The notes under the pieces are model-generated. The model was not told the DNA's origin. It did no database searches and saw only the letters and a list, made by a program, of their open reading frames with translations. 64,000 nucleotides of DNA from Balanoglossus misakiensis (Eukaryota > Animalia > Hemichordata): NCBI GenBank assembly GCA_040954595.2, contig CM082581.2, positions 11,468,286-11,532,285 of the forward strand, given 5' to 3'. This document shows positions 1-13,600 of this stretch, piece by piece (within the stretch, counting starts at the first letter, position 1; each line of letters begins with the position of its first letter). Made by a program: the position numbers and the translations under genes.

Positions 1-1946
1 AGATTTTGTTGTTGGTCCATTTTGTGCAGAGTGGGATATTATCCAATCGATGCATTTGTGTTCACGTGTACAACCACGTCACGGACACATGGAAGCAGTC
101 TGTTATAATTGGACATTATTTTGGCCATTAACCCGCTTGAACCTATCATTACAGCCATATCTTCAGGTTTTCTGATATCATCAAGGTTTAAAAATAAATT
201 TCTTTTCAGAAAAAAAACAGGCTCCTTCAATGCTAGTTAAGATTTTGACAGACACAGCTGTGGCAGTAATGGGATTTCCGCAATGACCAATTAGAAGGTC
301 CACTAGGATATAACCATTGTAAGTCGTGCTCATTATTTTGATACAAAGAAACAAACTACAACGGCAAATATGATTATGAAATAAACGAACATACGAGAAA
401 TTCAAGTTAAATTTCTTAACTTTTACAACACATTCCGTCCTATGCTTGGCCCAGAGTTTCAACATTTTCTTGGACATCAAATTTTTTTTTCGATTTTATC
501 TAGTTTGACAGAATATGGTGTAACTGGAAGCAAGATCGGAAAAACATTTTGTCCGCAGTTTTTATCATCTACAAACGGTAGAGTAATACACCGAAACGGC
601 TACATTTACACATCCAACATAGATGTGATCATGTGACGTAGATATTAAGTATTTAGCTAATGCAGAGGAACTTGCTAAAAGGCTCTTAACTTAAAGTAAA
701 GATCGGTATATTATCAACGTAGATTGTTTTTTCTCCACTTGAAACTGTAGCAAGTAAACACCGTTATTATTTCGACCACTTTCTTTCTCTCAAAGTCACG
801 TATCGATGCTTGCATTGTCCGGTAAATTTCCCAAGAAGGAGTGTTCTATCTCTGTAGGGCTTTTTGCAAGACTCTTAATAAAACCGTGTTTAATCTACAA
901 GAGTGTAATGCTAACAGACTGTGCACGATTTGGGGACTCACTTTTCATATTGATTATGACGTTGCCAAGGCGACAGTTTAATCTACTGTGTCTGTAGAGC
1001 AAGTTTAGCAATATCCGTTTCAGCAAATGGCATTCCGAATCCCATGTCGGGCGGGAATGTGTTTAAATACACATTTAAATGTTTTCGTGGATCAAGATGC
1101 ATATGCGGTCATTTGCAAAAAAAACTGTTTCACGTTTAGTTTAGTAGAATGATCATTCGGTCGGAAACGAAAATTACCGTTGCAAAAAAGTTTGAAGAAT
1201 ATACAGATAACACTTGGTTGATGTTCGCTAAAATAGTTACCATTTACAGGCGACCGCGTCGTATGTACAGCTATACTGGCCTACCATGTTACAGAATATT
1301 GCATACTTTTATGAATATCACAGAATTCACGTTAGAAAATGTTGAAGCGTTTATGTCACGTCTTCTGTAACAATGAACATGTGAGTTTAAAAATATACCT
1401 CTATCATTTATAACACACGGGTATTGCGTTACATCAAAACTTAACTCGAGTCGTAAACCAAGGATGATATACAGGAATACATAGGCCAGCCCATGTACAT
1501 GTATAGACGCACAAGAAGCGATGTGGTTTCAAGCAAAACTGTTTTGTTACCGGTAAACAACCGTAAAATAACAAGTTTTGCATGTTATGTTTTATACAAA
1601 TTAAATGGACAGGCAATAATATGGAGACTGCAGTATCAGAAGGAGGTAAGGTTGACCCGTTTTGTGATGTCACCGTATTGTGTCGTCAAGACGCCGCTGG
1701 GGCTAACTCTGAAACCACCCAACGGAATACAACGGTAAAAGTAAGTTGGTATCTTAATATGCTCAGCACGTTTACATTCACCGGTGTAATTGATGCGGCC
1801 TGCTGAGTATATACGCATGTTAAAATTCTTATGGCGACGATAGAAAAAGAACATTTTGGAACAAAACACTGCTGCATATGTGGAAGATTTTCATTTGACA
1901 ATAACACTGTCATGGAAACTGAGTGAAAGGGAACGGTGCATGCACA

Positions 1947-1955
1947 CCCCCCCCC

Positions 1956-1992
<37 letters not shown>
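1947..1992. repeat. Poly-C followed by a (CT)n microsatellite
   Basis: Directly visible. Confidence 0.9.
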
Positions 1993-1994
<2 letters not shown>

Positions 1995-4900
1995 AGAATG
2001 TTTGACTGTTTCTTACAATCTACCAATCACATGCGTCTTTACAAAAGCAGTCTCCTTTGATTACGCAATCTCAAAAATTGAATCTCACTCTTTGGATCTA
2101 TTGGGAGAGTTTACATTCACTACCACCATACACCCAACCCATCTCCGCTCTTCAGCTTGAGCTGATGCTGGGAGTTATATTAATAATGAATGTTTTTGAA
2201 CGATATCGTTCGCCCGATAACACGAAATTGAAGCCATCTCTATGGCGACCCTTATGTCATCGTCGTCATGGGGACAACGCGGTTGCTATAAGGACAGGAA
2301 GACTAGAGTCCGCACTGTTTCAATACAAGGGTGCGGCTGAGTAGAGATACAACACACACATACGTCACGATGCATTTACGCAAACAAATGAAATAACGTG
2401 TCGAAGGAGGAATTCACAATTTCATGAATAAAGTGAAGCTAGTTTCCTGCAACCATTAGTGGAAATGTTGCCTTTTTATCTTCACAACAACCGCTGTGTC
2501 TGCACATGCTAGCATTCATGACAGGTGCTTTGGTGACTTGACAAACTAATAGGGTCTACTTATTCTTGCACGCCAAACATCTGTGTTCCCCTAATTGCCA
2601 ATTGATACATCCCATACAGTGTTGGCTTCAATAGTCAGACAAATGTCTCGGATGAGACACGCATTGTGGGTTAAGTGTTCGCGTTTGTTGGCAGCTTCCG
2701 TGTGAAAGATATATTTGACTAGCTTGGGCAATAGTTAAACCTTTTCACGCTGTGTGCATATCCGTATGTTTGGACACTGGCACGATATAACATTTGATGA
2801 ACAGTAAGAATGCATTTTCCCAAATGAATAGCTCACCCGTTTTTGCATTTCCCAAACGGCAAAGTCACAGGCCAGCTCCATTAAACATTTATAGCATGAC
2901 GTCGAGGGCGAACAGCAAGTCTTGACTTATTGTAAGAACAGAAGCGACTAATTCAATTCAAATTAGTTCCCAGTAGACTTGTATCCTCACACCACGGATT
3001 GTTATAATTCCTAACAAGGAAACTACTCCGCTGACACGTTAGTTAATTAAATTATTTTTAATTTATACTACGTTGTATAATGTGATGGCCGTAACGGGAT
3101 TGTCCGTGAAGGTAACGTTGCTATATATTTTTACTATGCTCTTTAGGATATGGGCGTTAATTGTACAAGAGGCTGAAGAATCCGAGTGGCGCTATTTCTA
3201 TCACTGGTCAATATTGGAACGTTTGTTTTACTTTGTTGACTATGGACATTTCTATGGTTACCGTAACACAATCCAGTTTAGCACGTTAGCTGCTACTGTA
3301 TTATGCCTAATCTCTGTGTGTCACTATCATCTTTGTGACAAGCAAGCAAAGCAAATAATACCACATTCGATACAGAGAGTGTGACGTCAGCAGAGGGAAG
3401 CAGTGTAGGTTTTCTGTCTGAACTGCATATTATTCCCGATAGCTACCTTACAATTTGTGCAAATCGGGAGAAGAGTATCGAACTGGGGTAATCTTGCCCC
3501 TTGAGTGTATGGCTTGCTGAACGATAGCATGTTAGTGCCGACTTTATCTGCTAATGCTGGTTCAAGTAGCCTTTAAAATACGAGGAAGTCTAAATCAAAA
3601 TGCAAACTGTGACCAGGTATCTCGGGGTTTTTCATTTGAGGTCAACCCACTACTTTCTTCAAGGCAACACGTCATACACGCGAGACAGGTGTGAATCAAT
3701 ACAAGCAGCAAAACAAACAGATTAATGTCGGATGTGATAATTGAAATGCCATCGATAAGCTTACAACTCAATGAAACAACTCTTCTACTTCCCTCCTATA
3801 AAATTTCAAAACACTCTCACAAAACACCCCCGTTTCCTTTGACAGTTTACCGATTCAAAATCGATCCAGCAGCAGTTCACTTTAGAGACAAATCGAAAAC
3901 GGCTGTTGTTATTGTAATGATGAACATGGCTCTCTATTTTGATGGCCCAACAAAATACAATAAGAATGTGAAAAAAAAATGAAAATTGACATGTAACAGT
4001 TTACGTCAGAGGTAGACACCATGAGCTTCGTCTCGGACAACACAAAGTTGGACATTGCTAGAAATGTACAATGACACACAATGGCCATAGGTAAAAGAAA
4101 ACATATCAGCCTTGGATGTTTAACAACATGTACAGCTTGAAACCTGCCAGCCACGATTGACACTAAAAAAACTTGCGATTGTATAAGGTTGCAACATAAG
4201 AAAGAGCGAATGTGAACGAATCAAGGAACGGGAATGTAAGCGATCAATTACAGCCTGACTCTTGACATTTGAAAAAATGAGAGAATAATTCCTGAAAATA
4301 GTACTTTTCCGCCACTGATGTTGATGTCCTCCAAGTGATTTGGGTGTAGGTTCCAAAATCAGCAGTGTGGAATAAGTACGGTTGAGATGATATGAAATGA
4401 GTTGAAAAACGAAGGATTTAGAGTATTAGCGACAAAGGTCAGGCTCTAGTATGCTAATTATCTAAGTACCTAGTATTTGAAACTCTATGGTTCCATGACA
4501 ACTATAAAAGTTTGCAGAGATTAAGAAGTCCTGAAGAAAATACTACCATCATATTTCTTCACGTTTTCATTCAGTTGCAGTTGGGTTTAGGCTGCGAATA
4601 GAGGCACTATTGTTAATGTTCACTCGAGCTGACAAATAACATCTCTAATCTTTGTACAGTCGTATTTGAACAAAAGATGGTCGGTTACAGTATGCAAATA
4701 CATGAAAGTCGTCTATTTTCATATTTAATCAAAATATGTAAATGGGTCTTTAAGCATATGATCCATTCCGAGTCTTGGTATTTTGACGAATTTTAATGAA
4801 GTGAGAACCGAGTTCGTCTTACGACATTTATTTCAGACAATCAAGTCGATCGCTATAGGCATTGTAAGTCTGCCTCTAAAAATCCACTTGTTCGCTGCCA

Positions 4901-7900
4901 TGACAACTACACATAAACAAGATTAATGTCGCCAACACCATGCTACATTCATATGCAAAATAATCGCAAATCCATCAAAGACGGATACATCTAGACATGT
5001 TAAGGCATATTCCCATGGACAATAAACGTAAATTGGTAAAATTGACGTCAGTATTTCTACAAGTTACTGTCAGAGTAATTTCAGACGTGAGGCGAACCAA
5101 TCATTGTCCACGCCACCAGGCTTACGATAAACGTCGTTATCGCAAAGAGGGTCATTCGTGCCTCAAGCAAAATCGCAACTCAAAGATATGATGATAGTCT
5201 TACAACGCTACCAACAACGTGAAAGTATTACCAATAGCAATATTTTATGAAACATAGATATCTTGTCGATCACTTTTCATCTTCTCTTTAAGATATAACG
5301 GCCATGTTTGTTGATATGTGCATTTTTATGTAGATGCCCTTTTACGGACTTTTGAGGGATGATATCTTGACAAGTAAAGACAATACGAGGTCTGCTCGTG
5401 TGTATACCTTGACGGTATCATGGTATGACGTCACCCAAGCCTGTTTCTAAAAGAACTCACAAGGTTATTAGCAATAACGCTGTCAACAAAACTACCACAG
5501 CTGCTGTTTTGTGAAATACATCTTCACAACGTCACAGATAAGACATTGTGTCGTCTGCTTCCTTTTATATAACTTCAACATATCACATAGCATCTATACA
5601 ATCAGTCACAATCATAGCAATTAAGTGATCAGCTGGTTGAAATTCATTTCACAATGTACTCCTATACTTGCCTCAACTTTTTTTCAATTACTCACAAATG
5701 AGTCTATTACTTGAAATTCGTGCCAGTTGCGTAGCTGGGTAATCACCTTACCTTCGCCAAATTCTGTTTCGTGAAAATCATGAATTCTGGGCGAGGGAAA
5801 TTACATATCGGTTTTTGGTCATAGCCGATTATGGGCTATTTTTGATCGCACATTCGCTCGTTACACCTAATATCCATAATTAAGGCTGTACCCAACGGCG
5901 TTCAAGCAATGAGGCTCTAACGTTTTTCTTTCGCTCACGTCTCTATAGCCACTGCAACCTCTTTTAAGAATTTCAGATTCACACTGCATGCGCTATGGTG
6001 CCTATTCTCAAGCGATGTAGTTTCAGCCGTTGACAACCGCACGTTGTATTAATGTCATTCTTAGAAAATCAGCAAACAACGTTTGCATGTACCAGGTGCT
6101 TCTTGGCCACAAGTAAAAATCTACAATTAGTGTTTTTACAAAATACAGCTGGGGACGGGTACTTAAACTATGTCATCTTCAACTACTATTCATATCGAAA
6201 ATTCGAATCTGATTTCCTTGAATGAAAACATTTGGCTGGAGAAGTGTATAGTGTGCACGACACTCGTCATGTTGGAAGTCAATGAAGTCACCGCGTATTC
6301 AATATTCTCACCTTTGAATTTAGGGATTTGTGTGCGATTTAGAAAAGTCAATCAGACAGCTTTAATACTTCCCCTATTGAATGTAAAGCTTTCACTGAAA
6401 CCATCCTTTCTTGAACAATATCATCGGCTATCTTTGCTACTTTGCTTGATTACGTTGCATCCCGAGATACATCTTCTGGCGTCGAGAGACAAAATGTCAA
6501 AAGCTATTTTAAAATTACTTTTTTGCAGATAAACAGTCCTCGGTCGCTAAAAATAACACAACAAACGCGTGGGGTCATGGTTCCTGACACTAGTATCTAC
6601 AGTAAGAGAAGCGAAGTTAACAAAAACATATATTGACTTCTGGCTGCTTTTATAACTATTGCCACACCGAGCCTTAGTACACTGAATGGCGATCAACACA
6701 ATTTTCCATTTACACACAATATACCTACGACTCAGTAATTAAAATGCAAGAAAGTTACCAGATATATAATCATCGAAAGCTGATGTTATATAGTACAGCC
6801 CATTTTCCATTTGGTTAAAATCGTCTCGATAGCTTTAGATTTAATACCGGTGCAATTACGCATGCATAAGTGTTGATTTGTGTGTGTAGAGAAACAAAGT
6901 TAAGTTATCTTGCAACTGACCTCACTTGAAGATAAGCTAAGCTATTAACACTTTACACTACATACATTCATCTGTGTAATTGTAATACTAACCAAATTTG
7001 TACCAACACTTAACCCTATCTATAACCACTGTAAGCAACATAGTTACTTTGTTACATTGTGTATGCCATTACAAAATCAGCGCTGGCGGCGCATTTCAGC
7101 ACGAGAACGATTTTATATTTGGTACGTGTACTTGATAACTTCAATCTGTTGCATAAAAATCAAACTATGATTTGACTTCTTTTAGCACTAAACACTAATC
7201 ACAACCATGGATATACCAGATGTCGATGCAATTTCTGACGCATAGTACAAACATATATGTGAGCCAAACGCTCAGTTCTTTATACCAAAGTTCCATAAAT
7301 ATGCAACGGTGTATTGCTTTAGCTTAGGAGTGTTTTTTCTTCTGGTGATTAAGCTCTGTCTATTCGGCAAGAAATGCACTCGAAAAAGGGTAAGCTCAGT
7401 GACCTGTGCTATCACTGGTTGATCAATATTTATATTTAATCACAGATGCATAGAGTTGTCATTCGACCAGGAGGCCGCATAAACGCATACGTAATTCATC
7501 TAAAGCTTTGGTATAATTAATGGCAATTTTTTCAATGGAGGAAAATTACATAGATTACCACTGGGACAGACGCAGGATCTCGTCTGGCAAATCACGTGCG
7601 CGACTGCGTTTAACTTGGGAGCATGGAAGGAGAATAGATGCCTAAAGAAACTGCCGTGTAGGTAGCATTACCATGGCAACAATCACAAAACCTGAAGTCA
7701 GGTAGTAAATTAAACTGATCGGGAAGAAATGGTGCATTAAGTAGTTTGGTATATACCAAGACTTACTTTGATATCCCGAAGGCAAGCCTTTGTGTATAGT
7801 GATAACAAATAGAGGTTGGAATAACGTGGATAGGATAAGATGAGATCTGCACTGCATCTAGCAAAGAATGAAATGCTATCCTTGGCTTCCGGTGAAGTGT

Positions 7901-10416
7901 CAACCGGAGAGTGTACGCAGTTTTTTTAATCGCAGCGTAAATATAAGAGTCGTGATATGACGTCAGACTACCTTGTTGAGTTTACAGTGGTATGATAGCC
8001 TCAGAGGGTTTGCAGAGATAAATGCGTTTTATCATCGCTGGCGACAGTACCAAACAAAATTTCTTTTGTATGGATGATGGTGGTTTCTTCAAATGGGGAA
8101 TTTGACTAGAAAAAAACGGATACGATGGTTTGTGCGGACATTAAACAGCAGTACAGTCGAGGGGGAATAAACAATAGTAATCGGACAATGTACCAAGAGA
8201 GTCTGCAGACACACAGTTTCCTAGATATACTCAAAACAGATTTGAAGGGGGAAATACGAAACCAAAATATTCTTTTACAATACTACTATAGGTAATTAGG
8301 GTCACATTGTAAACCTAAGACACTTTGGGCATTTCTGATTTGACGAAAGCTGACAAACCTTCATTTGGTGAATTTTACTGCAACGTATTAGGGAGGGTTC
8401 GATTGCAGAATTGTTGGCGCCGCGTCAATATTTCATAAGAGTGTGTATTCCCAAGACAAAAGTTGGCAACGACCGCAAAGTTTGGTGTCAAGTTCTGCTA
8501 CAGGAAGGTTGTATTAACAACAGTACAAAATTTGATAAAACATCAAATCAAGAAACTTTCAGCTAGCTATAAACACAGCGTGCTCAAGAGGCATCATTGA
8601 CAAGGAAAAATAAGCAACATATATCAGTGTTACTTCAGTGCAAATTTAAAAGACGTGAAAGGCTTATTAACCTCAACAGAGTTGTAAGATCCATCTATTC
8701 GCCAAAAAGGGCAAGAAAACTATCAAAGGGAGGATATCAAACGATCGAGCGGAGACAAAGAAATACAATTATCTCTACATTAGTAAAGTCTAGATTAGTC
8801 TAAGCTATAATCCTGATACATGCTGTCACAATTCTTATGGTGTCTTCTTGTATAAAAACCACCCTGATATCCTTGAACTGATACCCTATTCATCGATTTA
8901 ATCCCCGGATTCCAAAACCTTCTTTCGCCAATACATACGTGAAAGCGCCTTCCGGTTTAGCTACAGATTAAAACTGAAGTTACATCCAAGCATATTCTAG
9001 AAGTTTTAAATCTCCAACAACAAATAGAAAACTGTCCTCTGTAGTTTGTTACTAATACCCAGAATGCATTGTACACTCTCTACATGCACATGCGCACAAA
9101 ATGATGAACAAACTATCATTTACAATACTCCAGCTATCTCTATACTTATATAATTTTTTGTATGGCCACCACGTGTTGTTTAATCGTATATGGGGAAGTA
9201 ATTCTACATTTCGTCACTAAATAAAATTGTTGGTTATAGATACAATTGTTAAATTAATTGACAAGTTTCAGTGCAATTGCTTCTTTTTTACCAGACATAC
9301 AGACATGCATGTTTTTTATACATTAACTATAACACGATGCCGATGTTTATACACTGCTTAAGCCTTTGCCATGACGACGGTTCGAAAAGTAAGGTTACCC
9401 TTTCCCAAAATATGACAGTCTTCAGTTGACCGCAATCCATCAACAACTATTTATCGATTGACATCTAGCTTGCTCTCCATTGCTATTGGCAAGCGTTGAT
9501 ATTTCAGACAGAAACATGAAGGAAATTGGGAAAACTCGCCTGGCGGAGTCGGAAATGAAAAAACCTTCACGCTAACGTAAAGAGATATATTTGGGGGTCC
9601 CTGGATGCTAACATTTAAAGAAATTCCCAGGTGTCTGCTACTGTCCGAGAGTGTACCATTTGGTTCGAATGAAGCAAGATATATGCCATAGGCACTAATC
9701 CTTTCAGAGTACAATATAGAGGGAAGACTCAACACAAGAGTCCAATTATCGACCGCTACTCTTCAGCATTCTACAAGACACTGCGCAATCATCGGCAAAT
9801 CTCGTTACAGAAATCATTCAACTGTACAATAGTGACTTATCAAGAAAGTTTAAGATTGATTATTTGCGTCACTTTTTTATTTTTTACCAGAGATGGGAAA
9901 TCGAGTTCTGCCACTGGCAATAAACTCATCAATTTGGTCTTTGCGGAGTCGCTATTTTTATCAGAGACTGATATTTAAAAGTCCATCTTTGAAATTAAAG
10001 AGGCACTTTCGACGAAATCCATACGTGCTTGGTTCTCGAAAAACATCAAACATTGAACATCATATTTTAGCATTTCTATTACAGGTGATTGATCTGCAAT
10101 TATTCGTAATAAGTTGTGGTGAGCTACACTTTTGACAATCATTTCTCTCCAACTTCGCCATGTCCAAAATAGATGTTGATACCATACAGACGTTGAATAA
10201 TTAAACACGCGTAAGGAAATTGCTAACCTAATGTGTGGGCACGCATCACTGCGCCAAAGCCTTAAGTACATATACCTTTCACTATTTATATAAAAGAGAA
10301 AATACCTATAGTTTGCGCAATAAACATTACGGAGTACTTTACATTCAGCCCAAGACATTCGCAAAATCTGCTGCCACTAGCCACTAGAAATATTTTCCTC
10401 ATTTAGTCTGTCTCTG

Positions 10417-10658
<242 letters not shown>

Positions 10659-13600
10659 ATTAGGGGTAAAGTTGAATTCTCCCAAAGAGTTTCTCCCAAA
10701 GTTCCTTGAAGAGTTTCTCCCTGAATCTATGTCATTGAACTCGTCGTCAAGATGGGCGCTTTTCGCTTCACGTGAGATCTAGATGTGGGCAAAAGAGGGT
10801 TACTTGAAAAAGGGGTCTATTAGATATATAATTGCAGGCCAAGGATTCAGATAATTTCTTTGGTTCACGCTGGCGCATAAACACCACTGCTGGAGGGAGG
10901 GGATCTCATAAGCGCAGAACATGTTTACTTTCGAAGTCTAAAACATACATTCTGTGTCATATTTACTAGTGAAAACAAAGATTCAATTGATTTCGCGGCA
11001 ATCTTTGTGACGTAAAGGATCGATCTGGTCAGTTAAATGTGTGCATGTTAAGAAAAAAGCCCTGAGAATTAAAACCTTCCTCAAGGACTCTAAACCACGG
11101 GCATGATTGAAACACATCGGTGCGTGTCCCTCATTATCAATTGCCAAAATTGCATTTCTTCAGTTCTCCTTTGGAAATTTGATAAAGAGACACCGTAAGT
11201 CAGGAGATGTTGGTACCACATCATGCCCTTCGGAGATACATGTATACAGACACATGAAATATCTCTAATAACTGAATTTGGAGAGCAATTTTAGCGTGGT
11301 AATCTGGCGAGAAAATGCAAAAATTGAGGTACAAGAAATCGAACCCTGTATCATTCTGCTGAATACGAACGTTGCGCTGCAGGCACCGGCAGCACTTGCG
11401 CACGCACACGGACGCCATGACCTATGAACCTCGTCATTTAAGGCGCCATATTAGATTTCTGATGATGAACTTTGGCACAACTTTGTTTCACTCACGTTAG
11501 GAAGACATAGATCTTTAGTTAGGAGGGTTTCAAACTTTTACAAAAAAGTCGTACATTATAAACTTAGTGCCTCGGGTCTTGGTGAGACGTGCAGTTTGGG
11601 CAAGAAATATGAAATTGTCATCATATGAAGATTGGACGGGTGAAATAGACAAATAATGTTTTTCGCCAAAAGGAAACATGAATAACCTTAATACCACAGA
11701 TGAAGAGAGGTTCCTTCCGGATTTCTCTTATTATTTCTGGAGTTCGTGATGGGAGTATCTTGCCGCGTTGCCAGGTGTCATAACTGATAACGGATTTATA
11801 GTTTACATACGACCTCATGCCCATGGGTGATATGATTTCTGTGTTGGGATCTGTGTGTTCTAGTAATGAAGGGGTTTAGAACCTTATAACGCTAATAACC
11901 GCTGCATACTCAGTTAAGCGGGCGGGTTTCCTGTTTGACGACCTCGAGTTCGAAATTTCCTATCGGCATCATCGGGATTATTGCTAATACGCTATAACCT
12001 TCTCCGGTCAATTATTGCAAATAACCGCATTTGTAGGCCAATTCGCTCTGATGCGTAAAATATGGCGATGTAAAAGGAGCAACAAATTATAAGTCAACAG
12101 GGTACGTTCCCCTCTATTCAATTTGTAGGACTAGAGCGATATTGGGGACATATAATGAGCACGTTTATCCCTTGTTCGCGTTAAAAATCCAAGCTTCCGT
12201 ACAGATAATCCCTGCAAAAGGAAAAAATCTGCAATGATCTTGTTGATTTAAAATTCCGTGCAACAGGATCATCGCTGCATCGTTTTGTACAGTTGTTCTA
12301 TGTCATCTAACATTGTATTTTCCGTGTGAAAAACACTTCGATACAAGAAAACATATTAGGAAGCGGGTTTGTTTATCTCTTATATGAACCTATATTACCC
12401 ACCCCAGCAGCGTGTATTTGCAAAGGTCTCCCAATAACAAGAAAGATATGCCTACTTGGAGACTGTGCAACAGTGACTCAAGGGCAAACGCGTTCATATT
12501 GATGTGGGCTTCGTTAGTGATTCAGCCTTTGATGTTCCTCGTGCCAAATGTATGGAAATAAAATGACACAATTCAGGGAAAGCAAAATCAGTAAATCATA
12601 ATCTAAATCGTTACCCTTAAACCAAAATGTGCCCTACTCTAAACTAGAACAAATGCAATACACATTACAATACAATCAAATTTCAGCACAGTACATTAAA
12701 ATCATGAATTAAATATATATAAAAAAATGACTGGAAAGGTATATCGACGGCACGCCAAAAAATGCGAGGGATATAATTGTACATGTCATGACAACATATT
12801 ATGTGATCACCCGACAATCGGGAGGGATGTCATCTTCCGTGTATGAAACCACATATTCTTGAGTATCTATGATCAAACTAATCCTGACAGGTCGCAATAT
12901 ATTGATTGCATGGCTATATTAAAGCAGTGAAGGCTGGCTCCGCTGATGATGAAAAGAACTGAGATTGCAAAGCTACGCCTAGAGGCAATTCTCAGAGATG
13001 TTTGTCCCAGGTTGTACTCGTTACAGCGATACGTGCAGTCAGATTAAAAACATTGACTTCAGTGTGAAATCTAACAGAACCGGGAGACAACGATTGACAT
13101 CTTCACTCTGTCAAAAGAACATGAACTATGTAGCCTTCACTGATATTTTTCTCTTTACCTCACGAATATAGAAAGATGGTGTTGCTGTCAATACTTCCAA
13201 GGTTTTCTTGTCAGTGGGAGGGCCCAGGGTTACGAAAGTTGCAAAACAAAATCATTATTTCCTTCGAAGTGTTTTTGGAATGTTGTCTTGGGCTCATGAA
13301 AATGGTCAGGGTTGCTATAAACGACAGTCACAGATATGTACAGCGCCATTTACGCTACGGGCTGAATATCTTTCGTTTAGAAGGCGGTGTTCATTTTATA
13401 AATCTAAAGATACTTCTCCGCAAACCCATGCCATGCCGGCCTATCTATGCAAACACGCTATTTTTGATCTTTGCGCTCTCTTTTATTGACTTGTCAGAGT
13501 CGTGGCGGTGCCTTGGCCGCCATTTCACACCTGTACCCATGTAAACTGCCACGCAATCGCAATCAAACAAAACATATATGTACATTTTCATCATATCGTT

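Noticed and set aside
1-300. Kelch-like peptide VHVYNHVTDTWK in one + frame
   Set aside because: No GG motif, an early stop and no further repeats.
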